Source: Escherichia phage vB_EcoM-720R4. Taken from it: DNA of 35,056 nt. The notes below the pieces were generated by a model that had not been told where the DNA came from, did not search any database, and saw only the letters and a list, made by a program, of their open reading frames with translations. Both the position numbers and the translations under genes were made by a program. The stretch lies in the sequence record ON470603.1; one strand, written 5' to 3'. The number at the start of each line of letters is the position of its first letter. Positions within the stretch are counted from its first letter, which is position 1. Below are positions 28,154 to 35,056 of the stretch, one piece after another.

Positions 28154-28501
28154 GACCGACCTCTATTTCCCTGAATTTACGACGAAACTGTTCGAGCGGA
28201 CTGAAGCACTCATGCTCATAGCCTTCGCGGAGGTAGATAACCCGTTGTGTTTCCGGTTCCCAACGAATGACTCTGACGGGCACTCCGTAGTGATCTTTGA
28301 ACCAGCGGTTAACTTGTCGCAAAGGACTGTCTCCTTCTGCCGGTTGAAATCCCCCACAGCCCACTCTGCAAAGCTGTGGGTTACAATTTCCCTGTCACCT
28401 GGTACATTCACTGCATAGCAATACTCCACCTTCGCTTTTCCACCCGGTACAGGAAGCGCAATCAGTTGCGAGCGACGGTAGTGTGTTGTTAAACTGTTCA
28501 T
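28143..28501 (-). pseudogene. small early gene apparently split by a frameshift at a G5 run (two overlapping ORFs, 28163-28501 and 28143-28364)
   Basis: The N-terminal half of one frame and the C-terminal half of the other both look protein-like; the frames switch at the C5/G5 run at 28351-28355. Confidence 0.35.
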
Positions 28502-29082
28502 GCGTTAGTTTCTCCACAACCAGAAGCAATCGACGCCACGACGCCCGGAGCTGCACACTCGCGGGCGTTACTCTTTTCCGGCGCACAAAAAACACGAAAT
28601 AACAGTGTTAAATGCTCCTGCCACTTCGCCATTACTTGGTAGCTGTTCTCTTCGATTTGCTCACGCTCAGCTTGGTCAATAACTCCATCAGCAGTTGCCT
28701 TGCGTAAGTACTGGGAATGCTTGCCAATCCATTCTATTGACTCCATCAGCCGCTGATTAATGTCACCATTGTCAATGTCATCAATGACCACCAGCGGCAC
28801 AAACACCCCATTACTACGACGGGCTATTGCATCTGTTACATGCCTGGTACCACTGGCATCCTGTAAAACCATGGCCCACTCAAGTGGAAAAATTTGATCC
28901 CCACCGCTACGCAGTCTGTTATGCAATTGATCTTTTGCTGGGGTGATATCATCAGATTTATACAAACCAAGAATTTCTGCTGCTTCCTCATAGCCATGAG
29001 GTAAATCAGCAATCGTTCTTCGTATTGCTGCCACCAGCCATGCTGGTTGTTTATCAACTTTCCATTCAGGTTCTTTACCCAC
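28498..29082 (-). CDS. YdaT-like / phage CII-like regulatory protein
   Basis: 194-aa ORF immediately downstream of the Cro-like gene; assignment mainly by position and loose resemblance. Confidence 0.5.
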   Translation of the reverse strand: MGKEPEWKVDKQPAWLVAAIRRTIADLPHGYEEAAEILGLYKSDDITPAKDQLHNRLRSGGDQIFPLEWAMVLQDASGTRHVTDAIARRSNGVFVPLVVIDDIDNGDINQRLMESIEWIGKHSQYLRKATADGVIDQAEREQIEENSYQVMAKWQEHLTLLFRVFCAPEKSNARECAAPGVVASIASGCGETNA

Positions 29083-29109
29083 GGTTAATTCCTCATTTCT
29101 GTGGTGTTT

Positions 29110-29307
29110 TTATGCCGCAGCACTGTTAGTCTTTTGATATAAAGACACGTCAACTTTCAGTTTCCCGTTAGTAATTTTTTCTAACTGGTACGCTCGGCCT
29201 TCAGGAATAATCTCAGGCCACTCTGAAACAGACGGATGCTTAATACCTAGGGCTTCGGCGGTTTTACAAACTCCGCCGAAATAATTAATCACGTCGGATT
29301 TCCGCAT
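29110..29307 (-). CDS. Cro-like repressor (YdaS/Cro family HTH)
   Basis: 65-aa ORF divergent from the CI-like gene; HTH-like segment GGVCKTAEALGIKHPSVSEW; RBS GGGAGA. Confidence 0.7.
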   Translation of the reverse strand: MRKSDVINYFGGVCKTAEALGIKHPSVSEWPEIIPEGRAYQLEKITNGKLKVDVSLYQKTNSAAA

Positions 29308-29402
29308 TTCTGTCTCCCGTTAAATTACGTTAAGCAGAAATGTAGGATATCCAACATACCAATGTCAAGAATCCTACATGGGCATGTGGTAGGATTGCCT
29401 AC
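29308..29402. promoter_or_regulatory. right operator/promoter region: PR-like promoter for cro (minus strand: TTGACA 29368-29363, TACATT 29344-29339), 17-bp operator TGTAGGATATCCAACAT (29341-29357) plus additional TGTAGGAT-type half-sites
   Basis: Divergent cI/cro intergenic region; near-palindromic operator with GGATATCC core; promoter hexamers read directly. Confidence 0.6.
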
Positions 29403-30056
29403 ATGATGAACATGAGTGATCGTATTCGCCAAAGGCGAAAAGAACTGAACCTGACACAACAAGCACTGGCTGATTTGACTGGTGTGAACCGTGTCACGGT
29501 TACTGGATGGGAAAAGGACGACTACCAACCAAATGGAGCCAACCTTCAAGCCCTAGCCAACGCACTTAAATGCGATCCTCTGTGGCTTGTTAGCGGAAAA
29601 GGCTCGCCTGAACCAAAGATAAATCTAAAACCTGAAATATTCGCAGTTAAAAAAGTCCCCCTCATCTCGTGGGTTCAGGCGGGTTCATGGACAATGACGG
29701 AGCCTGGTGTCAGGAAAGAAGATGCTGAAGAGTGGGTTTATACTACCGCCCTTGTATCAGAAATGGCATTTGCACTACGGGTCCGTGGTGATTCAATGAC
29801 CAATCCCCTCGGCTCACCATCGATACCAGAAGGTTCTATCGTTATCGTAGAGCCAGATATTATTGATACAGAGTGTATTAACGGAAAAATCGTTGTTGCC
29901 CATATCAATGGTGGGCAAGAAGCGACACTCAAAAAATTTGTTGAGGACTGGCCGAACAGGTATCTCGTCCCACTAAATCCTAACTATAAAACTATTGAAT
30001 GCGGTGAGAACTGCAGAATAGTTGGTCTTGTCAAACAAGTAATAATGGATTTTTGA
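29403..30056 (+). CDS. CI-like repressor (N-terminal HTH, C-terminal S24 LexA-like peptidase domain)
   Basis: 217-aa ORF with HTH (LTQQALADLTGVNRVTVTGWE) and a C-terminal domain with Ser ... Lys catalytic residues (GDSM ... TLKKF); RBS AGGA 7 nt upstream. Confidence 0.9.
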   Translation: MMNMSDRIRQRRKELNLTQQALADLTGVNRVTVTGWEKDDYQPNGANLQALANALKCDPLWLVSGKGSPEPKINLKPEIFAVKKVPLISWVQAGSWTMTEPGVRKEDAEEWVYTTALVSEMAFALRVRGDSMTNPLGSPSIPEGSIVIVEPDIIDTECINGKIVVAHINGGQEATLKKFVEDWPNRYLVPLNPNYKTIECGENCRIVGLVKQVIMDF

Positions 30057-30080
30057 CACATCTTCCTCACTATCGCAAAA

Positions 30081-30102
30081 CCGGGGTATCCCCGGTTTTT
30101 TT
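30081..30102 (+). terminator. rho-independent terminator after cI
   Basis: CCGGGG-TAT-CCCCGG stem followed by TTTTTTT, 25 nt after the cI stop. Confidence 0.7.
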
Positions 30103-30119
30103 ATGAGCCTATCTTTTTA

Positions 30120-30172
30120 TGTAGGATAACCAACATAAACTCTTGACACTCACATGTTGGATATCCTACATT
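30120..30172 (+). promoter_or_regulatory. left operator/promoter region: PL-like promoter (TTGACA 30143-30148, TACATT 30167-30172) flanked by two 17-bp operators (30120-30136 variant; 30154-30170 identical to the OR operator, inverted)
   Basis: The exact 17-mer of the right operator recurs here as its reverse complement; same -35/-10 hexamers and spacing as the PR-like promoter. Confidence 0.55.
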
Positions 30173-30289
30173 TGTTTTTAGAGTTGTGGTGAATGCGCAG
30201 GCTGATGCGCGAAAGACATTGCAGCTATTGCGGAAAAGAGCTGTTCGGCGGGGCCATTAAACGCCCGTATCTGGAGGTTAAAGAACAAA

Positions 30290-30565
30290 ATGAAAGTCCA
30301 GATTTTAAACAATAGTGGTGAAGTCGTTTGGTCATACGACATAGCCGCTCCTGTAGATCAGAGCGGCGATAGCTGGACCAATGGGAAACATCAGATTATG
30401 GCTGGAGTTGTATTCTCTTTACGCCGTGCTTTGGAACAGGCTGAAGTATTTCCATCAGACCCTGAATGGAAATGGCCTTTTTCTATTTGTCCAAATTCGG
30501 AGAGCACATTTCAGAAAATTGGTCAGAAAGTCGCACTCGAAGAGCATCAGCCAACTGTTTCCTGA
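30290..30565 (+). CDS. hypothetical protein, first ORF of the leftward (PL-like) operon
   Basis: 91-aa ORF with GGAGG RBS; acidic, not N-like; its 3' end overlaps a convergent minus-strand ORF. Confidence 0.35.
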   Translation: MKVQILNNSGEVVWSYDIAAPVDQSGDSWTNGKHQIMAGVVFSLRRALEQAEVFPSDPEWKWPFSICPNSESTFQKIGQKVALEEHQPTVS

Positions 30566-30728
30566 TTTTTTCAGGTAACTCGTCGGCATCGCAGAAACAA
30601 CAACGCTCGATCATGTTGAAAGCCGATTCGTAGAACTGTTTCTGCTGAGTGTCGCTGAGACAGGAAAAGAGCGACGTTACGATGATTTTATTAATTGCAT
30701 TATCAAGTTCTTTTTCATCAAAAGTCAT
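30483..30728 (-). CDS. hypothetical protein encoded antisense to the PL-like operon
   Basis: 81-aa ORF with strong RBS (AAAGGAAAA, 6 nt spacer); opposite orientation to all neighbouring early-left genes. Confidence 0.4.
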   Translation of the reverse strand: MTFDEKELDNAINKIIVTSLFSCLSDTQQKQFYESAFNMIERCCFCDADELPEKIRKQLADALRVRLSDQFSEMCSPNLDK

Positions 30729-31165
30729 TTGATTTTCCTTTTATGTATACGGGCTTAAAAGGATACCACCGAGCCTGAAGTGGTGAAAAGACAGGCACAT
30801 AACAGCTAAGTATTTTCAACCAGAGAGAATCCTTAGCGTTGTGGTGAATGCGGCTCAGCGCACGCGGGTTAAGGTTGAGGCTGACAGTCGACCTTCTGTG
30901 GATACCCACCCGCCTGGTGTGCAACCTTCGCCAGGCACCGGGAGGCACCCGGCACCACAACTTTATGCTGTGTGTAGTCCTCGCGGTACCAGTTTGTACA
31001 CTTGCTTCCGGCTGGTACCGCTCTTTTTACAAAACAGAGAAGAGCATCACCGGACGACGGGCTCATAACCCAATCCATCCGGGCGGCTGCCACCGCAGGT
31101 GTTCTTCTCTGTTTTGTGGAGAAACCAACCGACCTTGCAGGGTCGATATGATGAGGAGCAGCAAA

Positions 31166-31528
31166 ATGGCTAGCGAACGCAGTACTGATGTGCAGGCATT
31201 TATCGGGGAGCTGGACGGCGGCGTATTTGAAACCAAAATCGGCGCAGTTCTCAGTGAAGTCGCTTCCGGTGTGATGAACACGAAAACCAAAGGGAAGGTC
31301 TCACTCAACCTGGAAATCGAACCATTTGATGAGAACCGTGTGAAAATCAAACACAAACTCTCATATGTTCGCCCGACTAACCGCGGGAAAATTTCCGAAG
31401 AAGACACCACCGAAACGCCGATGTATGTCAATCGCGGTGGTCGCCTGACTATTCTGCAGGAAGACCAGGGACAATTACTGACTCTTGCCGGTGAACCTGA
31501 CGGAAAACTCCGCGCAGCAGGTCATTAA
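31166..31528 (+). CDS. hypothetical conserved phage protein
   Basis: Start set at ATG 31166 preceded by GAGGAG; the track ORF 30848-31528 extends upstream through a structured non-coding region and is probably not translated there. Confidence 0.5.
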   Translation: MASERSTDVQAFIGELDGGVFETKIGAVLSEVASGVMNTKTKGKVSLNLEIEPFDENRVKIKHKLSYVRPTNRGKISEEDTTETPMYVNRGGRLTILQEDQGQLLTLAGEPDGKLRAAGH

Positions 31529-31593
31529 TATCGTTCTTAATTAACTGATTATTTATCTCATCACTGAATATCTTAATATAGTGAGGACTTATT

Positions 31594-32418
31594 ATGTCTC
31601 AGAACTTAGACTCAACCGCAATTAATCAAATCCATGCCCTTATTTCTGCTCAGGGTGTTAATGAAATTATCAGTAAGATTGGTGCCGATGCTGTGGCATT
31701 GCCTGAGAATTTCCGCATTCATGATCTGGAAAAATTTAATTTAAATCGCTTCCGTTTCCGTGGCGCGCTTTCCACTGCCAGCATCGATGATTTTACCCGT
31801 TATTCTAAAGATCTTGCAGATGAAGGCACCCGCTGCTTTATCGATGCTGATAATATGCGTGCCGTTAGTGTGCTTAACCTGGGTACTATTGATGAACCAG
31901 GTCACGCAGATAACACCGCCACTCTCAAACTGAAAAAGACAGCACCGTTCTCTGCTCTGTTGTCTGTTAACGGCGAGCGTAACTCCCAGAAGTCACTGGC
32001 AGAATGGATTGAAGACTGGGCCGACTACCTTGTGGGCTTTGATGCGAATGGTGACGCCATTCAGGCAACAAAAGCGGCTGCGGCAGTCCGTAAAATCACG
32101 ATTGAAGCAAACCAGACCGCTGATTTTGAAGATAATGACTTCAGCGGCAAACGCTCCCTGATGGAGTCTGTCGAAGCGAAGACCAAAGACATTATGCCAG
32201 TGGCATTTGAATTTAAATGCGTTCCGTTTGAAGGCCTTAAAGAACGTCCGTTTAAATTACGCCTCAGCATTATCACTGGCGATCGTCCTGTACTGGTTCT
32301 GCGCATTATTCAGCTGGAAGCGGTGCAGGAAGAAATGGCTAACGAATTTCGTGATCTGCTTGTTGAGAAATTTAAAGACAGCAAAGTAGAAACCTTTATT
32401 GGTACTTTCACCGCCTGA
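31594..32418 (+). CDS. YfdQ-like protein (DUF2303)
   Basis: 274-aa ORF; gene order with the following HD-domain gene matches the yfdQ-yfdR-yfdS-yfdT arrangement of the E. coli CPS-53 prophage as I recall it. Confidence 0.65.
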   Translation: MSQNLDSTAINQIHALISAQGVNEIISKIGADAVALPENFRIHDLEKFNLNRFRFRGALSTASIDDFTRYSKDLADEGTRCFIDADNMRAVSVLNLGTIDEPGHADNTATLKLKKTAPFSALLSVNGERNSQKSLAEWIEDWADYLVGFDANGDAIQATKAAAAVRKITIEANQTADFEDNDFSGKRSLMESVEAKTKDIMPVAFEFKCVPFEGLKERPFKLRLSIITGDRPVLVLRIIQLEAVQEEMANEFRDLLVEKFKDSKVETFIGTFTA

Positions 32419-32545
32419 TTTCATTACTGCAAATGCCCCTGCGGGGGCATTTATGGAAACATAATTTACTCAATAATCGCCGGATAGTGAGGGCTTCCTT
32501 TTACCAGAATTCAGCGCGGTGCAGCGCATATACGTGGAGAATAAA

Positions 32546-33082
32546 ATGTCATTTATTAAAACTTTTTCCGGGAAGCATTTTTATTATGACAGGATAAATA
32601 AAGACGACATCGTTATTAACGATGTCGCGGTTTCCCTTTCAAATATCTGTCGCTTTGCAGGACATCTTTCACACTTCTACAGCGTCGCCCAACATGCGGT
32701 GCTTTGCAGCCAGCTGGTACCGCAGGAATTTGCTTTTGAAGCGTTAATGCATGATGCAACAGAAGCATATTGCCAGGACATCCCCGCACCACTGAAACGC
32801 CTTCTTCCTGACTATAAACGGATGGAAGAAAAAATAGACGCCGTAATCCGTGAGAAATACGGGTTACCTCCTGTTATGAGCACGCCAGTGAAATATGCCG
32901 ATCTCATTATGCTGGCAACCGAACGCCGCGATCTCGGGCTTGATGATGGCTCTTTCTGGCCTGTACTGGAAGGTATCCCGGCGACAGAGATGTTCAAAGT
33001 TATTCCACTGTCACCAGGCCATGCCTACGGGATGTTTATGGAACGTTTTAACGAGTTATCGGAGTTACGCAAATGCGCATGA
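32546..33082 (+). CDS. YfdR-like HD-domain phosphohydrolase (5'-deoxynucleotidase family)
   Basis: H...HD metal-binding signature (HFYSVAQHAVLCS ... MHDATEAY); start set at MSFIKTF with GGAGAA RBS. Confidence 0.65.
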   Translation: MSFIKTFSGKHFYYDRINKDDIVINDVAVSLSNICRFAGHLSHFYSVAQHAVLCSQLVPQEFAFEALMHDATEAYCQDIPAPLKRLLPDYKRMEEKIDAVIREKYGLPPVMSTPVKYADLIMLATERRDLGLDDGSFWPVLEGIPATEMFKVIPLSPGHAYGMFMERFNELSELRKCA

Positions 33083-33435
33083 ATGTTTTCGAAATGGAAG
33101 GGTTTCTTCGCGGGAAATGTGTACCGCGAGATCTGAAAGTGAACGAAACAAATGCTGAGTACCTGGTACGTAAATTCGATGCGCTTGAAGCTAAATGTAC
33201 GGCACTGGAAAACAAAATAATACCAGTGTCAGCTGAACTGCCACCAGCAAATGAAAGTGTTCTGTTATTTGATGCTAACGGAGAAGGCTGGCTAATTGGC
33301 TGGCGTTCTCTCTGGTACACCTGGGGACAAAAAGAAACCGGAGAATGGCAGTGGACATTTCAGGTCGGGGACCTTGAAAACGTCAATATCACTCACTGGG
33401 CAGTAATGCCAAAAGCACCGGAGAATAAGAAATGA
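33073..33435 (+). CDS. DUF551-like protein (YfdS-like)
   Basis: 120-aa ORF overlapping the preceding gene's stop; Trp-rich C-terminus. Confidence 0.5.
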   Translation: MRMNVFEMEGFLRGKCVPRDLKVNETNAEYLVRKFDALEAKCTALENKIIPVSAELPPANESVLLFDANGEGWLIGWRSLWYTWGQKETGEWQWTFQVGDLENVNITHWAVMPKAPENKK

Positions 33436-33635
33436 GCGTGATAAAAACTCATACAGGAATTGTTATCACCCGAGACGGTCCGCAGGTAAAAAAACTGCAC
33501 CAGACAAAGCGGATGTGGGTCGTCGGAAAAAACGAGTTTTACCACAAAGAAACCGGACGCCGCCACTTTGCAGAAAATACGCGCCGCCGACTGCTGATCG
33601 ACAGCATCAAGCCTATCGAGGTGAAGCATGTTTAA
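33432..33635 (+). CDS. hypothetical small protein (YfdT-like by position)
   Basis: 67-aa ORF with ATGA overlap to the upstream gene. Confidence 0.4.
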   Translation: MSVIKTHTGIVITRDGPQVKKLHQTKRMWVVGKNEFYHKETGRRHFAENTRRRLLIDSIKPIEVKHV

Positions 33636-33867
33636 ACAGAACGAAAAATCTATCGCTCAAATTGCTGAGTATATCCCGCGTGCGTGCCGGGGTATGCAGT
33701 TGCAGGAAGCCAAAGCGCGCCTGGAGAAAAAAATTGCGCTCTATATCGATGACGGCTGTGATGCTGCCGTTCTTAACGCAGCGTTCGCGCCAGCTCTTAA
33801 CAGTCATACGCGGGAGTCTTTTTTTTCGCGCATCGCAGCGCAGATCCGTAAAGGAGGCAACCAGTGA
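33628..33867 (+). CDS. hypothetical protein
   Basis: 79-aa ORF in operon context with overlapping start and stop. Confidence 0.4.
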   Translation: MFKQNEKSIAQIAEYIPRACRGMQLQEAKARLEKKIALYIDDGCDAAVLNAAFAPALNSHTRESFFSRIAAQIRKGGNQ

Positions 33868-34175
33868 GCAATTATCTGTACTGGTCTGGCTTAGTGGCTA
33901 ACATTGCGCTCATGTTGTTCGTGGCTCTTTGCATCTGGGTTTGGTTTATCTGGCCTTTTGTAGAGGCCATGAGCATAACTCGGTGCTTTATTTGCGCATC
34001 AAAGACTTCTGGATGCAAACCAACTGTAAGAGCAATTATCAGAACTTTAAAATACTGGTATCTGGATTTGCTTTTCGGCAGGGGCTGGACGCGAATTAGT
34101 AACCGCCAGTTTGAATGGGAAGGCGTCGGTAACTGGCGAATTCACAGCAGCAAAGAAACGCAGGAGGTGAAGTAA
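33864..34175 (+). CDS. hypothetical membrane protein
   Basis: 103-aa ORF with an N-terminal hydrophobic helix (LVANIALMLFVALCIWVWFIWPFV). Confidence 0.4.
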   Translation: MSNYLYWSGLVANIALMLFVALCIWVWFIWPFVEAMSITRCFICASKTSGCKPTVRAIIRTLKYWYLDLLFGRGWTRISNRQFEWEGVGNWRIHSSKETQEVK

Positions 34176-34747
34176 TGAACAACTTAATGATCGACCTTGA
34201 GACGATGGGGAAAAATAAGGATGCACCAATCGTTTCCATTGGCGCGGTGTTCTTCACCCCAGAAACCGGAGACATCGGACAAGAATTCTATACGGTTGTC
34301 AGCCTGGAAAGTGCTATGGAGCAAGGGGCCACACCTGACGGCGATACCATCCTGTGGTGGTTGAAACAGAGCCCTGAAGCACGAGCTGCAATCTGTATTG
34401 ATGATACTTTGTCGATCAGCGATGCACTCTCTGAACTGAGCCATTTCATTAATCAGCATGCAGACAATACAAAATATTTAAAAGTCTGGGGTAACGGGGC
34501 CACCTTCGACAACGTAATTTTACGTGGAGCTTATGAGCGAGCAGGACAAATCTGCCCGTGGGCATACTGGAATGACCACGATGTACGCACGATCGTTACG
34601 CTTGGGCGTTCCATCGGATTCGCCCCCAAAATGGACATGCCTTTCGATGGCGAACGGCACAACGCCCTGGCCGATGCCCGTCATCAGGCAAAATATGTTT
34701 CCGCTATCTGGCAGAAATTAATTCCTGCCACCAGCACAGAATTATGA
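34175..34747 (+). CDS. DnaQ-like 3'-5' exonuclease
   Basis: 190-aa ORF with exonuclease motifs (IDLETMG ... WGNGATFD ... H..ALADA). Confidence 0.7.
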   Translation: MNNLMIDLETMGKNKDAPIVSIGAVFFTPETGDIGQEFYTVVSLESAMEQGATPDGDTILWWLKQSPEARAAICIDDTLSISDALSELSHFINQHADNTKYLKVWGNGATFDNVILRGAYERAGQICPWAYWNDHDVRTIVTLGRSIGFAPKMDMPFDGERHNALADARHQAKYVSAIWQKLIPATSTEL

Positions 34748-34783
34748 TTTTCCCGGGTGCAGCCGGTTTTGATGGAGAAAATT

Positions 34784-35056
34784 ATGAACACCTTGTTTTT
34801 ACTGATGGCTGAATTCAATACCCCTAACATTGAACTCTCAGCAGTTAGCCAAAAGTACTTTGGCATGAGTCCAGCCACGGCAGAAGCAAAAGCAAACGCT
34901 TGTAAGTTGCCCGTTCCAACATATCGCATCGGCACATCACAAAAAGCAAAACGTTGCATCAATATTCAGGATCTTGCGGAATACATAGACAAAAGGCGAG
35001 AAGAAGGGCGTGCTGAGTGGGAAAGGGTCAGAACCCATAAACAAAGGCTCATTTAA
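34784..35056 (+). CDS. PrtN-family / excisionase-like DNA-binding protein
   Basis: Small basic ORF at the distal end of the leftward operon, the usual xis position; start set at MNTLFLL with GGAGAAA RBS; ends at the window edge with TAA. Confidence 0.5.
   Translation: MNTLFLLMAEFNTPNIELSAVSQKYFGMSPATAEAKANACKLPVPTYRIGTSQKAKRCINIQDLAEYIDKRREEGRAEWERVRTHKQRLI

Noticed and set aside
30848-31165. Long 5' extension of ORF 30848-31528 and overlapping ORFs 30841-31068 (plus) and 30869-31093 (minus)
   Set aside because: The region is GC-rich and contains a 15-bp perfect stem; the protein-like part begins only at the RBS-supported ATG at 31166. Interpreted as structured leader RNA, not coding.
1-35056. 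CRISPR arrays, tRNA or rRNA genes, integrase or attachment site
   Set aside because: No regularly spaced direct repeats, no cloverleaf-like tRNA candidates and no tyrosine or serine recombinase ORF were found; the integrase presumably lies beyond the right edge, after the excisionase-like gene.

Overview
This 35 kb window reads as one near-complete mosaic temperate-phage (prophage) genome segment with three modules. (1) Positions 1-19700, almost entirely on the minus strand: a late morphogenesis operon with HK97-type head and packaging genes (HNH endonuclease, small and large terminase, portal, prohead protease, major capsid, connector/adaptor proteins) followed by a Mu-like contractile tail (sheath, tube, chaperone, tape measure, DNA-circulation protein, baseplate hub/V/gp46/J, YmfQ-like protein, side tail fiber, and two convergent tail-fiber-assembly genes at the left edge). 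(2) Positions 19700-22770: a lysis cassette (holin, lambda-R-like endolysin, overlapped Rz/Rz1-like spanins), an orphan DNA methyltransferase, and a candidate Q-dependent late promoter and terminator. (3) Positions 22770-35056: a lambdoid regulatory and early region with Q antiterminator, DUF968, KilA-N, RusA, a LexA-DBD-like protein, a Dam-like methyltransferase, a PerC-like protein, an O-like replication initiator with internal iterons, a YdaT/CII-like protein, Cro-like and CI-like repressors around divergent operator/promoter regions, and a rightward early operon (YfdQ/R/S/T-like genes, a DnaQ-like exonuclease, a PrtN/excisionase-like gene at the right edge). The integrase and attachment site are not in the window. 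No rRNA, tRNA or CRISPR array was found. All protein calls rest on my reading of the supplied translations and gene order; none was verified by a database search. The most notable non-canonical items are an AT-rich secreted-protein moron with its own terminator inside the tail operon, a candidate -1 frameshift in the tail chaperone, identical 17-bp operators shared by the two early promoters, a 15-bp direct repeat and a 15-bp-stem hairpin in the leftward-operon leader regions, a convergent or antisense small-gene pair just downstream of the PL-like promoter, and a gene apparently split at a G5 run.
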